A stretch of DNA of 64,000 nucleotides from an uncultured delta proteobacterium (GTDB taxonomy: Bacteria; Desulfobacterota; Binatia; JACPRU01): contig CAVUWD010000016.1 in NCBI GenBank assembly GCA_963745025.1, positions 64,001 to 128,000 of the forward strand, in the 5' to 3' direction. The stretch's first letter is position 1. Every line of letters begins with the position of its first letter. Position numbers and translations under genes: made by a program. The notes under the pieces were generated by a model. The model had not been told where the DNA came from. It saw only the letters and a list, made by a program, of their open reading frames with translations, and searched no databases. Below, one piece after another: positions 19,578 through 29,629 of this stretch.

Positions 19578-20609
19578 ATGAATTTTGAGCTGCGAACTCG
19601 AAGGGAGCTTTTTCTGAAGACCGCTCTGTTTCCACGCCTCGTCAACGGCCCCTTCGGGGATCCGGGCCTGTTCGTCGGCCTGCGCTGGCAGGGGCGTGCG
19701 CTGCAGTTCGATCTCGGCCGGCTGGGACGGATGGAGCCCGGTGACGTGTTGAAGATCTCGCACGCGTTCGTTTCCCACGCTCACATGGACCACTTCATGG
19801 GTTTCGATCACCTGCTGCGCCTGTTCCTGCCGCGCGATGCCGTCCTGCACGTCCATGGCCCCGAGAATTTCCTCGCTCGCATGGGCGCTCGGCTCGCCGG
19901 CTACACGTGGAACCTCACCGAGGACTATCCGCTGGTGATCGTCGGACACGAAGCGCGGCCCGACGTCGTCGTCTCGGCCACGTTTCGCGCCGCGACCGGC
20001 TTCCTCCCCGAGGAGCGGAGCGAGCGCCCGTTCGACGGTCTGCTCCTCGACGAGCCCGCGCTCTCCGTCTCGGCGGCGATCCTCGATCACAAGATTCCCT
20101 GTCTCGCATTCGCGCTCGCGGAGAAGTCTCATCTGAACGTGGATACGTCGGTGCTCGAACGCCGCCACCTTCAGCCGGGCCGATGGATCGACGCGCTGAA
20201 GCAGGCGATCCGCACGGGCGCCCCCGACGATCAGCCGCTGACCGCGCTCGTGCGGGAGAACGGCGCGGTGCGCGAGCAGCCGCTGTCGGTCGGCTCGCTT
20301 CGCGAGCTCGTCATCGCCTCGCGCGGTCAGAAGATCGGTTACGTCGTGGACACGATCTACAGCGCGGGAAACCAGCAAAAGATCGTCGAGCTCGTGCGCG
20401 AAGCGGATCTCTTCTATTGCGAGTCGCCGTTTCTCGAGGAGGACGTCGAGCAGGCAACGAAGCGTTATCATCTGACCGCCCGGCAGGCTGGGCTACTCGG
20501 CCGGGAGGCGCAGGTGCGCCGGCTCGAGGTGTTCCACTTCTCGCCGCGGTACGAGGGCCGCGCGGACCAGATTTACGCCGAGGCCCGCGCCGCGTTCCTC
20601 GGCGGATGA
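19578..20609 (+). CDS. Ribonuclease Z-like MBL-fold hydrolase
   Basis: LVNGPFGDPG, SHAHMDH, HLTARQAG, FHFSPRY. Confidence 0.85.
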   Translation: MNFELRTRRELFLKTALFPRLVNGPFGDPGLFVGLRWQGRALQFDLGRLGRMEPGDVLKISHAFVSHAHMDHFMGFDHLLRLFLPRDAVLHVHGPENFLARMGARLAGYTWNLTEDYPLVIVGHEARPDVVVSATFRAATGFLPEERSERPFDGLLLDEPALSVSAAILDHKIPCLAFALAEKSHLNVDTSVLERRHLQPGRWIDALKQAIRTGAPDDQPLTALVRENGAVREQPLSVGSLRELVIASRGQKIGYVVDTIYSAGNQQKIVELVREADLFYCESPFLEEDVEQATKRYHLTARQAGLLGREAQVRRLEVFHFSPRYEGRADQIYAEARAAFLGG

Positions 20610-20616
20610 GGCGTCC

Positions 20617-21078
20617 TTGCCGCAAGTGCTAGCCGACGACGTTCGCGCGCTGCTCGACCGGAGCCGGATCGGTCACCTGGCGACCGCCGACCGGCAGCTC
20701 CGCCCGCACGTCGTGCCGCTCTGCTACGCGCGCGAAGACGATCGGCTCTACTTCATCGTCGACGAGAAGCCGAAGCAGGCGGGCCAGCGCCTCAAGCGCC
20801 TGCGCAACATCGCCGAAAACCCGGCGGTGGCGCTCGTCGTCGACGTTTACGACGAGGACTGGCGAAGGCTCGAATACGCCCTCGTCCGCGGGACGGCGGA
20901 GATCGTCACGCTCGCCGAGGAGCACCAGCGGGCTCTGGGGCTCCTGCGGGCGAGGTATTCGCAATACCGAGCCATGCGGCTCGAGGCGGGAAGGAACGAG
21001 GTCGTGCGCATCACGGCGACGGGCGTCCACCACTGGAAAGCAAGCGCCTTCTCCCAAAAGGGGACCAGGCCCCTTTAG
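20617..21078 (+). CDS. PPOX-class F420-dependent oxidoreductase (TIGR03668-like)
   Basis: GHLATAD...PHVVP...VDEKPK...LKRLRNIAENP...YDEDW. Confidence 0.85.
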   Translation: MPQVLADDVRALLDRSRIGHLATADRQLRPHVVPLCYAREDDRLYFIVDEKPKQAGQRLKRLRNIAENPAVALVVDVYDEDWRRLEYALVRGTAEIVTLAEEHQRALGLLRARYSQYRAMRLEAGRNEVVRITATGVHHWKASAFSQKGTRPL

Positions 21079-21090
21079 GGAGAAGACCGA

Positions 21091-21321
21091 TCAGGCGGAG
21101 AGGAACGTCTTCAAGATGGAGGTTGCTCGCAAGGCGAGGAGAGCCGCTATCGCAAAACCGATGACGGCAGGCAGGATTCTCTTTCGCGCGACGATCCTAC
21201 CGCGCCCCCAGCTCGCGAGCACGATGGCCAGGTAGTACGAGAGCACGACCTGCAACCAAGGCGGGATCATCGCGACGTAGAGGTCGAGCAGGTGAAGCAG
21301 GTGTCGGTAGTCGACATCCAT
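21091..21321 (-). CDS. Small hypothetical membrane protein
   Basis: 76 aa with two hydrophobic segments. Confidence 0.5.
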   Translation of the reverse strand: MDVDYRHLLHLLDLYVAMIPPWLQVVLSYYLAIVLASWGRGRIVARKRILPAVIGFAIAALLALRATSILKTFLSA

Positions 21322-21414
21322 CTCAGGGGCCCATGATCGACGGCGGACGGGGGCCATGTCCAGCGAACCGCACCCAACGTTTCCTCCTTCACCTGCTTTA
21401 CCTGCACCGGGCGG

Positions 21415-21652
21415 GTGATGCCTCAGTCTTCGCCTCCGGCGCTCGAGATCCGGAAGCGCTGGACTTTCCGGTCGGCCCGGATTCGGGTCGACCGGAAAAT
21501 CCAGCCACCGCGCGCAAGCGCGGAAGACAATAGACCAGTGTCGAGGGTGCTGTCCTAAGGACAGCACCGTGTCGAGGGTTATTGTCTTCCGCGCTCCGCG
21601 CGGTTGCGGTCGCTTGTGATCGACCCGAGTACGGGCCGACCACAAGCGACCG
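21415..21652 (+). repeat. Palindromic repeat family copy 1 (three consecutive hairpins)
   Basis: Core GCTGGACTTTCCGGTCGGCCCG-N4-CGGGTCGACCGGAAAATCCAGC; related to 23747-23890 and 45233-45380. Confidence 0.85.
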
Positions 21653-21979
21653 CGTCCGTCTCCTCCAGCGTCATGCGAAAACTGATCGGGGATCTTTCGC
21701 TTTTCTCCTTCGGATGGGTATGTTAGATGCTCGGCAACATCCGTAGACGAGGAGGAGAACTAGAGCCCAATTCGAGTGCTTCAGCCGCTTGGATCTAGCT
21801 GGACCGAGACGGAGTAGCGCTTTCCAAATCGCCTGAGGGCTGCCGCGAAACGATCCGCCGATCCCGCCAGAGACGGCGAGAACGTGACCTTCGCACGGAG
21901 CCGCCGACAGGCGAGCATGAAGAGCCCTCTGGATGCCGGTCCGGAGGGCTCTTCTGCTTTGCGGCCACGAGGAGGACCC

Positions 21980-22855
21980 ATGAACCCGCAAAAGGTGACG
22001 GTACCCGAGATCCTCAAACGCAAGCGAGACGGCAAGAAGATCTCGATGCTCACTGCCTACGATTATCCGTTCGCGCGGATTCTCGACGAGGCGGGCATCG
22101 ACGTGCTGCTCGTCGGCGACACGCTCGGCATGGTGGTACAAGGTCTCGACACCACGCTGCCCGTCACCGTCGACGAGATCATCTATCACCTGAAGATGGT
22201 GACGCGGGCGCGCACGCGGGCGCTCGTCGTCGGAGATCTGCCGTTTCTTTCGTACCAGATCTCGGCCGAGGAGGCGCTCCGCAACGCCGGGCGAATGATG
22301 AAGGAGGGCGGCGCCGAGGCGGTCAAGCTCGAGGGCGGCGTCAACGTCGCCGAGAAGATCGCTGCGCTGACGGCGGTGGACATCCCGGTCATGGGCCACG
22401 TCGGCCTCACCCCACAGTCCGTGCACCGCATGGGCGGCCACAAGGTCCAGGGGAAGAAGCACGGGCGTGCGCCGGGTGAGCGCGAGCGGTTGCTCGAGGA
22501 CGCGGCCGCCGTCGAGGAAGCCGGTGCGTTCGCGCTCGTCCTCGAAGGCATCCCGCTCGACCTCGCCGCCGAGATCACCGAGCGCGTCTCGATCCCGACG
22601 ATCGGCATCGGCGCCGGAGCGCACTGCGACGGTCAGGTGCTCGTGCTTCACGACCTGCTTGGCCTCTTCGACAAATTCGCGCCCAAATTCTCCAAGCGCT
22701 ACGTCAACCTGAAGGACATCGTCGGCGGCGCGGTTCGCGAGTACGTCGCCGAAGTTCAGAGCGGTGCGTTCCCGACCGACGCGCACTCGTTCCACTCCCC
22801 GAAGGTCGTTCCGCCTCTCGCCGTTCAGGAGAGGCCGGTGCGCAGCGCCGGGTAA
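21980..22855 (+). CDS. panB: 3-methyl-2-oxobutanoate hydroxymethyltransferase
   Basis: [28 protein letters not shown]; GGAGG RBS. Confidence 0.97.
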   Translation: MNPQKVTVPEILKRKRDGKKISMLTAYDYPFARILDEAGIDVLLVGDTLGMVVQGLDTTLPVTVDEIIYHLKMVTRARTRALVVGDLPFLSYQISAEEALRNAGRMMKEGGAEAVKLEGGVNVAEKIAALTAVDIPVMGHVGLTPQSVHRMGGHKVQGKKHGRAPGERERLLEDAAAVEEAGAFALVLEGIPLDLAAEITERVSIPTIGIGAGAHCDGQVLVLHDLLGLFDKFAPKFSKRYVNLKDIVGGAVREYVAEVQSGAFPTDAHSFHSPKVVPPLAVQERPVRSAG

Positions 22856-22867
22856 GGGGAGGTTTCG

Positions 22868-23746
22868 TTGCAGACGATCCGTACCATCCGCGAGATGCAG
22901 CGCTTCGCCGACGGCGAGCGGCGCGCCGGCCGCACGATCGGCTTCGTGCCGACGATGGGAGCGCTGCACGCCGGGCACTTCTCGCTCGTGCGCGAGGCGC
23001 GCCGGCGTGCCGATTCGGTGGTCGTGTCGATCTTCGTGAACCCGATCCAGTTCAACTCGCGAAGCGACTTCGACAGCTACCCGCGCGACGACGCGCGTGA
23101 CGCGGGGGGTCTCGAGCGCGAGGGCGTCGATGCGCTGTTTCTGCCTACGGCAGAGGAGATCTACCCGCCCGGCTTCCAGACCCGGGTCGAGGTCGCCGAG
23201 CTCACCCGGCCACTCTGCGGTGCCCATCGGCCGGGCCACTTCGCCGGCGTGACGACGGTCGTCGCCAAGCTCTTTCTCGCCGTGAAGCCCGACGTCGCGA
23301 TCTTCGGCGCGAAGGACTACCAGCAGCTCCAGGTCGTACGGCAGATGGTGCGCGACCTGAACTTCGCGATCGAGATCGTCGCGGGTGAGACCGTCCGCGA
23401 GGCCGACGGCCTGGCGATGAGCTCGCGGAACCTCCGGCTCTCGGAGGCCGAGCGCGAGCGGGCACGAGCGATGCCGCGCGGCATCGAGCGGGTCAAGCGG
23501 GCCGCCGCGGCGGGAGAAGGCGATCCTGCGACCCTCGTTGCCGAGTTCACGAGCGAGATCGAGGGTGCCGGCGCTCGCGTGGAATACGCGGAGATCCGCC
23601 ATCCCGACACGCTCGAAGCCGTCACGAGCCTCGAGGACCGAGCGCTTCTCGCCGTCGCCGTCTGGGTCGGTGAGGTGCGGCTGATCGACAACGCCGTCAT
23701 CGAGCGCGGAAGAGCGCCGCGACCCGTGGCAGCGGCACAACGATGA
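22868..23746 (+). CDS. panC: Pantoate--beta-alanine ligase
   Basis: VPTMGALHAGH, SIFVNP, FGAKDYQQ, GLAMSSRN, RLIDN. Confidence 0.97.
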   Translation: MQTIRTIREMQRFADGERRAGRTIGFVPTMGALHAGHFSLVREARRRADSVVVSIFVNPIQFNSRSDFDSYPRDDARDAGGLEREGVDALFLPTAEEIYPPGFQTRVEVAELTRPLCGAHRPGHFAGVTTVVAKLFLAVKPDVAIFGAKDYQQLQVVRQMVRDLNFAIEIVAGETVREADGLAMSSRNLRLSEAERERARAMPRGIERVKRAAAAGEGDPATLVAEFTSEIEGAGARVEYAEIRHPDTLEAVTSLEDRALLAVAVWVGEVRLIDNAVIERGRAPRPVAAAQR

Positions 23747-23890
23747 CGCGGAAGCCAATAACCCACGAGCTGGTCTATTGCTCTCCGCGCTTGCGCGCGG
23801 TGGCTGGATCTTCCGGTCGACCCGAGTACGGGTCGACCGGAAGATCCAGCGCTTCAGGAATTTCCAGCGCGTGTGGCGAAAACTGAGGGC
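23747..23890 (-). repeat. Palindromic repeat family copy 2 (inverted relative to copy 1)
   Basis: Perfect hairpin GCTGGATCTTCCGGTCGACCCG-AGTA-CGGGTCGACCGGAAGATCCAGC. Confidence 0.85.
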
Positions 23891-23923
23891 TTGCGGACCA
23901 TGCCCCTTTTGGGTTGACAGCAG

Positions 23924-23944
23924 AAAAGGGGTCTGACCCCTTTT
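23924..23944. repeat. REP-like palindrome AAAAGGGGTCTGACCCCTTTT
   Basis: Perfect inverted repeat 7 nt before the smpB ATG; related AAAGGGGACCAGGCCCCTTT at 21057-21076. Confidence 0.6.
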
Positions 23945-23951
23945 CCCGCGC

Positions 23952-24425
23952 ATGGCCGAGACGCCGAAGCACGCCGGTGACCGCCCGGTCACCGAGAACC
24001 GCAAAGCCCGCCACGACTACGAGATCCTCGAGACGTTCGAGGCCGGCATGGTGCTCACCGGCAGCGAGGTGAAGTCACTCCGAGCGGGTCGCGCCAACCT
24101 GAAGGACAGTTACGCCCGCGTGGATCGCGGCGAAGCCTTCCTGATGAACGCGCACATCAGCCCCTACGCCGCGGCCAGCCACTTCGGCCACGAGCCGGAG
24201 CGCAACCGCAAGCTCCTCCTCCACCGCGCCGAGATCGACAAGCTGCTCGGCCGGATCCAGGAGCGCGGCCTGACGGTCGTGCCGCTCAAGATCTATTTCA
24301 AGAATGGACGCGCGAAGGTCTTGCTCGGCGTCGGCCGCGGCAAGAAGGCCTACGACAAACGCGAGTCGATCAAGAAGCGCGAGATGGAGCGCGAGGCGGA
24401 CCGGGCGATCCGCGTGCGGAGATGA
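23952..24425 (+). CDS. smpB: SsrA-binding protein
   Basis: NRKARHDY, EAGMVLTGSEVKSLR, RKLLLH, GKKAYDKRE. Confidence 0.98.
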   Translation: MAETPKHAGDRPVTENRKARHDYEILETFEAGMVLTGSEVKSLRAGRANLKDSYARVDRGEAFLMNAHISPYAAASHFGHEPERNRKLLLHRAEIDKLLGRIQERGLTVVPLKIYFKNGRAKVLLGVGRGKKAYDKRESIKKREMEREADRAIRVRR

Positions 24426-24434
24426 GGGGTGACG

Positions 24435-24899
24435 TCAGTGCCGACGTTGGCGCTCGAGGATCTCGAGGTCGACGAGATCTTTCGGGCGCCCGCTCGCCCG
24501 TTTGTTGCGGACCATGTCGTCGAAGCCGATCACGGGAAACCGTACCGCCTCGAAGACCCCCTCCGTTCGTCGCTCCCACGCCTCGGCGAAGGTCACCCCG
24601 CTAATGCCCATCAGAACGTCGATTCTCACCGGTGCGATGCCCATCTGGAAGACGAGGTCCCGGTTGGTGAGGTCCTCCTCCCGCAGATTCGCGAGCGGCG
24701 CACCGAAGTCACGCAGCGCGCCGTACGCACGCCGGGCGTTCGCCGGAGTCGGGTCGATCCAAACGTCGAGATCGCCCGTGGCTCGTGGCAGGCCATGCAC
24801 CGCGAGCGCGTAAGCGCCGACGATCAGAAAGCGTACCTCAGCGGCGGCGAATGCACGCAACAGATCTACAAAGTCCTGATGGAGGAGCTTGTCCGCCAT
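24435..24899 (-). CDS. Nucleotidyltransferase family protein
   Basis: IVGAYALAVHGLPRATGDLDV...NKRASGRPKDLVDL. Confidence 0.85.
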   Translation of the reverse strand: MADKLLHQDFVDLLRAFAAAEVRFLIVGAYALAVHGLPRATGDLDVWIDPTPANARRAYGALRDFGAPLANLREEDLTNRDLVFQMGIAPVRIDVLMGISGVTFAEAWERRTEGVFEAVRFPVIGFDDMVRNKRASGRPKDLVDLEILERQRRH

Positions 24900-25065
24900 T
24901 CGCCAATGCCCATTGCTCCAAACTCAGCTGCCAGGCAAACGGGATTCGCTCTTCGACCGGGATCCTCGTCCACCACTCCGCATCCCATTGCGCTTCCTCT
25001 TCGGAGCCGAGCCGGAAGACCCGGCTGATCGCATTCGCGCGCCTCGCGCGGTCGTCGTCCTTCAC
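24838..25065 (-). CDS. Small hypothetical partner of the nucleotidyltransferase
   Basis: 75 aa, DAEWWTRIPVEERI; overlaps the downstream gene. Confidence 0.6.
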   Translation of the reverse strand: MKDDDRARRANAISRVFRLGSEEEAQWDAEWWTRIPVEERIPFAWQLSLEQWALANGGQAPPSGLCRSVACIRRR

Positions 25066-25105
25066 GTGGTCAGACTAGCACGTCGGACGTCATCTGACGA
25101 CGCGC

Positions 25106-26275
25106 TCACGGCCGGAGCACGATCTTGATGGCCCGCGAGGTCGCGCGGTCGAGGCCGGTCTCGATGCCACGGCGGAAATCCGCGAGCGGGAACTCGTGAG
25201 TGACGAGCGCTTCGGCGGGGAAGCCGGTCTTGGCGATGATCTTCAGCGCGCGGTCGATCGAGTGCGCGGTCGAGCCGCCGTGCGGGCCGGCATCCGCGGC
25301 ATGATTGAGGGCGCCGACGAACGCGAGCTCCTTCAGCCAGATCGGCGAGAGGTCGACGTTCACGAGACCGGTGATGCCGAGGAAGAGCACCGTGCCGCGC
25401 CCATCGGCGAAGCGGAGCGCTTGGGTGATGGACTGCGGCGTGCCGACGGCTTCGACGACGTACGGGAAGCCGCCCGCGAGCATCGCCTCGTTGCCGGCGC
25501 CGATCGTCTTCGTGCCAGCGATCCGTGCGAGCTCCGCGATGTGGCCGCCGCCTGCGTCGAGCCGAACCACGTGCTTCGCGCCGAGGCGCTCGGCGGCCTG
25601 CGCCTGGTGCTCGTGCTTGGCGAGCGCGGTGACTTCGGAGGCGGGAAAGAGCGCGCGCAGCCCCGCGACGGCGCCGAGACCGATGATCGCGGCTCCCGCG
25701 ACGAGCACCGGCGCACCGTCGGGCGGGGGAGCGCGCAAGAGGCCGTGAATGGCGATCGACAGCGGCTCGTGGAGCGTCATGGCGAGATCGGACACGCCGT
25801 CCGCAAGCGGGTGAAGCATCGAGGCGTGGGCCACGACCTGATCCGACCAACCACCGCCGAGGCCGTAGGTGAAACCGAGGATGAGGCCCGGCGTGACGAT
25901 CTTCGAGGTGAGATTGTAGCAGACCGCGGGCGCGCCTGCCGCGCACGGCCGGCAGGGTGGATCGATCTCGCGCGCCACGCACGAGATCGTCGGGTCGATC
26001 GCGACCCGCGTACCCACCTTCACCGGACAATCGGGGCCGGTCTCGATCACCACCCCGCCCACCTCGTGACCAAGCTCGATCGGGATCGGCGCGAACGCCG
26101 CGAGCAGCGGAATCGGCCCCGTGGTCTCGCGGAACAGGTGGAGGTCGCTGCCGCAGATCCCGCCGCCGAGGACCTTCACTCTCGCCCAGCGCCTTCCGGG
26201 CAACGCTGGCTCGTCGACCTCGACCAGCCGCGCGGGAAAATTCGGATCGGCGAAGTCGAGCTGGACGGAGCGCAT
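25106..26275 (-). CDS. Zinc-dependent alcohol dehydrogenase family
   Basis: GICGSDLH, LGHE, structural Zn cysteines. Confidence 0.9.
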   Translation of the reverse strand: MRSVQLDFADPNFPARLVEVDEPALPGRRWARVKVLGGGICGSDLHLFRETTGPIPLLAAFAPIPIELGHEVGGVVIETGPDCPVKVGTRVAIDPTISCVAREIDPPCRPCAAGAPAVCYNLTSKIVTPGLILGFTYGLGGGWSDQVVAHASMLHPLADGVSDLAMTLHEPLSIAIHGLLRAPPPDGAPVLVAGAAIIGLGAVAGLRALFPASEVTALAKHEHQAQAAERLGAKHVVRLDAGGGHIAELARIAGTKTIGAGNEAMLAGGFPYVVEAVGTPQSITQALRFADGRGTVLFLGITGLVNVDLSPIWLKELAFVGALNHAADAGPHGGSTAHSIDRALKIIAKTGFPAEALVTHEFPLADFRRGIETGLDRATSRAIKIVLRP

Positions 26276-26341
26276 GCACCCTCTTACGCGTAGATTCGCG
26301 AGCTTGACAAGCTCCGCGTTTCCTTCGCCAATGCCGCCATC

Positions 26342-27409
26342 ATGAGCGACGCTGCGAGCCTCCACGCCGTCATTCTCGCGGGCGGCAAGGGAACGCGCTT
26401 CTGGCCGAAGAGCCGCGCGCACCGCCCGAAGCAGCTGCTGTCGATCGTCAGTGAGCGGACGATGGTGCAGGAGACGGTGGAGCGGCTCGAGCCGCTGATT
26501 CCGGCGCAGCGCGTCTGGGTGGTCACCGGCACGGAGCACGCTGCCGAGCTCCGCGAACAGCTCCCCAGTGTGCCCCCGGAACAGATCGTCGTCGAGCCGT
26601 TGGGTCGCAACACGGCGCCTGCCATCGGTCTCGCGGCGGCGCTGATCGCGGCGCGAGACCCGCAGGCGACCATGGTCGTGCTACCGGCCGATCACCACAT
26701 CCGTCACGCGGACCGCTTCCGCGAAGTGCTCGGACGAGCGATCGATCTGGCCGCGAGCGGAGAGCGGCTGGTCACGATCGGGCTCGAGCCCACCACACCC
26801 GAGACCGGCTACGGCTACATCGAGCGCGGCGAGGAAATCGGGCCGGGGGAGAACCGGGTGCGGCGCTTCACCGAGAAGCCGGACCGAGCCCGCGCCGAGC
26901 AGTTCGTCCGCAGCGGACAGTATCTCTGGAACAGCGGCATCTTCGTCTGGAAAGTCGGGGCGATCCGTGATGCGCTCGCTCGGTATCTCCCCGAGGTCGC
27001 GGGCCCGATCGACGAGATCGTGTCGGCCTGGGGCGACCGCGCGCGCTTCGCCGCCGCGTACGAGCGCATGCCCGAGCAGTCGATCGATTACGGCGTCCTC
27101 GAGAAGGCCGAGAACGTTGCCGTGGTCGCGGGCGAGTTCGGCTGGGACGACATCGGCAGCTGGGCGGCGCTCCTCCGCCTCGGCCCCGCCGACGCCGACG
27201 GCAACGTCGTGCGCGGTCGCGTGCTCGCCCTGTCGAGCCGCGGAAACCTCGTCGCCAGCGACAAGCGGCTCGTGGCGCTGGTCGGCGTGGAGGGGCTGGT
27301 GGTGATCGAAACCGACGATGCCGTGCTCGTCTGCTCTGCGGATCGCGTCCAGGACGTGAAGCAGATCATCGACGAGCTTCACCGTCGCGGATGGAAGGAG
27401 CACCTGTGA
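26342..27409 (+). CDS. manC: Mannose-1-phosphate guanylyltransferase
   Basis: ILAGGKGTRFWP, PKQLL, EPLGRNTAPA, FTEKP, SIDYGVLEK. Confidence 0.93.
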   Translation: MSDAASLHAVILAGGKGTRFWPKSRAHRPKQLLSIVSERTMVQETVERLEPLIPAQRVWVVTGTEHAAELREQLPSVPPEQIVVEPLGRNTAPAIGLAAALIAARDPQATMVVLPADHHIRHADRFREVLGRAIDLAASGERLVTIGLEPTTPETGYGYIERGEEIGPGENRVRRFTEKPDRARAEQFVRSGQYLWNSGIFVWKVGAIRDALARYLPEVAGPIDEIVSAWGDRARFAAAYERMPEQSIDYGVLEKAENVAVVAGEFGWDDIGSWAALLRLGPADADGNVVRGRVLALSSRGNLVASDKRLVALVGVEGLVVIETDDAVLVCSADRVQDVKQIIDELHRRGWKEHL

Positions 27410-27518
27410 GCCAGGTCGCGGAGGCTCGCCGGAGCCGCCTCGCCGTCACTGCTTCGGCGGGCGCGGCGCCGCGTGGCGCTTCGGGCACGTGAAGCTCGCG
27501 ATCTCGAGGAGGTGATCC

Positions 27519-27971
27519 GTGGAGTCGCTCTACTTCGAAGACTACGGACCGGACCTGTCGCTTCGCACGATGGGGCGGACGGTCACCGAGACCGATCTCG
27601 TGATTTTCGTCGGGCTCTCGGGAATGTACGAGTCGCTCTTCATCGATCGCGAGTTTCTCGGGCGGCAGTCGACGTACTCGGGACGACTGGTTCCGGGCGC
27701 GCTCGTCTACGCGATCTCCGAGGGGCTCGTCGTCCAGTCCGGGATCCTCCACGACCGCGGCCTCGCCTTCCTCGGCCTCGAGATGACGATCCACCGCCCC
27801 GTCTACGTGGGCGACACCCTCCACGTCGAGGTGGGCCTCGCCTCGAAGCGCGAGACGCGCCACTCCGATCGCGGCATCGTCACGACGGAGAATCGCGTGG
27901 TCAACCAGCGCGGCGAGGCGACCATGACCTGCACGATCACGCGGATGATCCGCCGCCGGTCGGCCGCCTGA
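27519..27971 (+). CDS. MaoC-family dehydratase
   Basis: GRTVTETD...PVYVGDTL...RGIVT; GGAGG RBS. Confidence 0.88.
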   Translation: MESLYFEDYGPDLSLRTMGRTVTETDLVIFVGLSGMYESLFIDREFLGRQSTYSGRLVPGALVYAISEGLVVQSGILHDRGLAFLGLEMTIHRPVYVGDTLHVEVGLASKRETRHSDRGIVTTENRVVNQRGEATMTCTITRMIRRRSAA

Positions 27972-28174
27972 GGACGCCCCTTGCGCGGCGCGCTCGCGCG
28001 CTCGGATGAGCGACGCCTGACCTTCCTCGCCGCTGCGGCCGCAGGCGATCGAAGCGTTCCTCGGCTCTCCGTGACGGCGGGTGCGGAACGCGGCGCCGGC
28101 GCGGCAGAGCTGATCGGTCGGAGCCGGGATCGCGACCAACGGGAGCGGTCTGCGACGCAGCGTCCTAGGTTGCG

Positions 28175-29116
28175 TTACGTCGCCCGATCGACCACGTTGA
28201 TCGGCGTGCCGTCGAGGAACGCCTCGACGTTACCGGCCGTGATCGCCATCAGCCGTCGCCTCGCCGCGAGGCTCGCCCACGCGATGTGCGGGGTGAGGAT
28301 GAGGTTCGGAGCTCCGTGCAGCGGGTTCGCCGGATCGATCGGCTCGCTCGAGGCGACGTCGAGCGCGGCTCCCGCGATCTCCCCGGCGTCTAGCGCGGCG
28401 CGCAGCGCCGCTTCGTCGACGAGGCCACCGCGCGCGGTGTTGATCAGGAACGCGCTCGGCTTCATGCGGCGCAGAAGCGTGCGATCGACGAAGCGGGCGT
28501 TGTCGGCGGTGAGCGAGCAGTGGAGGCTCACGACGTCTGCGTCCGCGAAGAGCCGCGTGAGCTCCGCGCGGTCGGCGGCGCGAGTGCTCGTAGTGAGGAC
28601 CCGCATGCCGAAGGCTCGGGCGATCTCGGCGACGCGACGGCCGATCGAGCCGAATCCGACGATGCCCATGGTGAGGCCGGCGAGCTCGACGATCGGCGCC
28701 TTCCAGAAGCAAAAGTCGGCGGAGCGGCTCCACTCGCCCGCCGAGACGGCCGCCGCGTGCAGCGCCGTGTGGTTGCAGAGCTCGAGCAGCAGCGCGAAGG
28801 CGTGCTGCGCGACGGAGTCTCGGCCATACTGCGGCACGTTGGAGACGGCCACGCCCCTCGCACGCGCCGCGGCGAGGTCGACGACGTCGTAGCCGGTCGC
28901 GAGGACGGCGACGAACCGCAGCCGGGGAAGGGCGGCGAGGATCCGCGCGTCGAGCGGCGTCTTGTTGGTGAGCACGATCTCCGCGTCGCGCGCTCGCTCC
29001 ACGACGAGAGCCGGCGGCGTACGCTCGAAGACGACGAGGTTGCCGAGGCGGGCGACCGGATCCCAGGGATTGTCTCCGGGATTGAGCGTGTGCCCATCGA
29101 GAACGACGATGCGCAC
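28175..29116 (-). CDS. D-2-hydroxyacid dehydrogenase (glycerate dehydrogenase-like)
   Basis: IVVLDGHTLNPGD, GFGSIG, INTARG, TPHIAW. Confidence 0.92.
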   Translation of the reverse strand: MRIVVLDGHTLNPGDNPWDPVARLGNLVVFERTPPALVVERARDAEIVLTNKTPLDARILAALPRLRFVAVLATGYDVVDLAAARARGVAVSNVPQYGRDSVAQHAFALLLELCNHTALHAAAVSAGEWSRSADFCFWKAPIVELAGLTMGIVGFGSIGRRVAEIARAFGMRVLTTSTRAADRAELTRLFADADVVSLHCSLTADNARFVDRTLLRRMKPSAFLINTARGGLVDEAALRAALDAGEIAGAALDVASSEPIDPANPLHGAPNLILTPHIAWASLAARRRLMAITAGNVEAFLDGTPINVVDRAT

Positions 29117-29219
29117 GCTAGGATTCTGATCGGGCGGCGCCGAAAAGCGCGGATGAATCTGGAGTTCGACCATTCGCGTCGGTGATAGCCACAATCTCGC
29201 GCGCGCGGTCAAGCCAGGG

Positions 29220-29248
29220 TTTACTCCTGTGTCAGCCATGGTTACACT
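29220..29248 (+). promoter_or_regulatory. Sigma70-type promoter of ssrA
   Basis: TTTACT-N17-TACACT, 9 nt upstream of the mature 5' end. Confidence 0.5.
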
Positions 29249-29257
29249 CAGTCTCGA

Positions 29258-29613
29258 GGGGGCGATCGGGTTCGACGGGGGTTGGAAAGTCAGAGCTGCG
29301 TGCACGAGTCCCGGAGTCGCTCGCTAAAAATGCTCCGGCTGCGAAATTTAAACGCAGACAATAACTTCGCTCTCGCGGCCTAAGGGCTGCGACGTCTCAC
29401 CGGTTCGAGCCCGTAGGGCCGACTGAGGCGACGCAAATCGGGATAAGCTCCGGCGGGCGCTCTCACCGCCGGCGACGAAAAATCAGATGAGCTGGCCTCG
29501 GCGAAGCCTGTCGGCGGGCGACAACGAGGCGAGATCAAATCACCGACTAGGCTACGTAGACGCTCTAGATGGACCGCTCTCGGACGGGGGTTCAATTCCC
29601 CCCGCCTCCATCC
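29258..29613 (+). ncRNA. ssrA: tmRNA; tag reading frame ADNNFALAA* at 29354-29383
   Basis: 5' GGGGGCGATCGGGTTCGACGGGG; 3' GGGGGTTCAATTCCCCCCGCCTCCA; tag ends in ALAA; smpB nearby. Confidence 0.97.
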
Positions 29614-29629
29614 AAAACCTCCCGATTTT

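Noticed and set aside
21671-24004. 777-aa minus-strand ORF and similar long ORFs (689-1927, 4012-5472, 17504-19024, 31523-33616, 42574-44169)
   Set aside because: Antisense or alternative-frame shadows of real high-GC genes, with no family motifs
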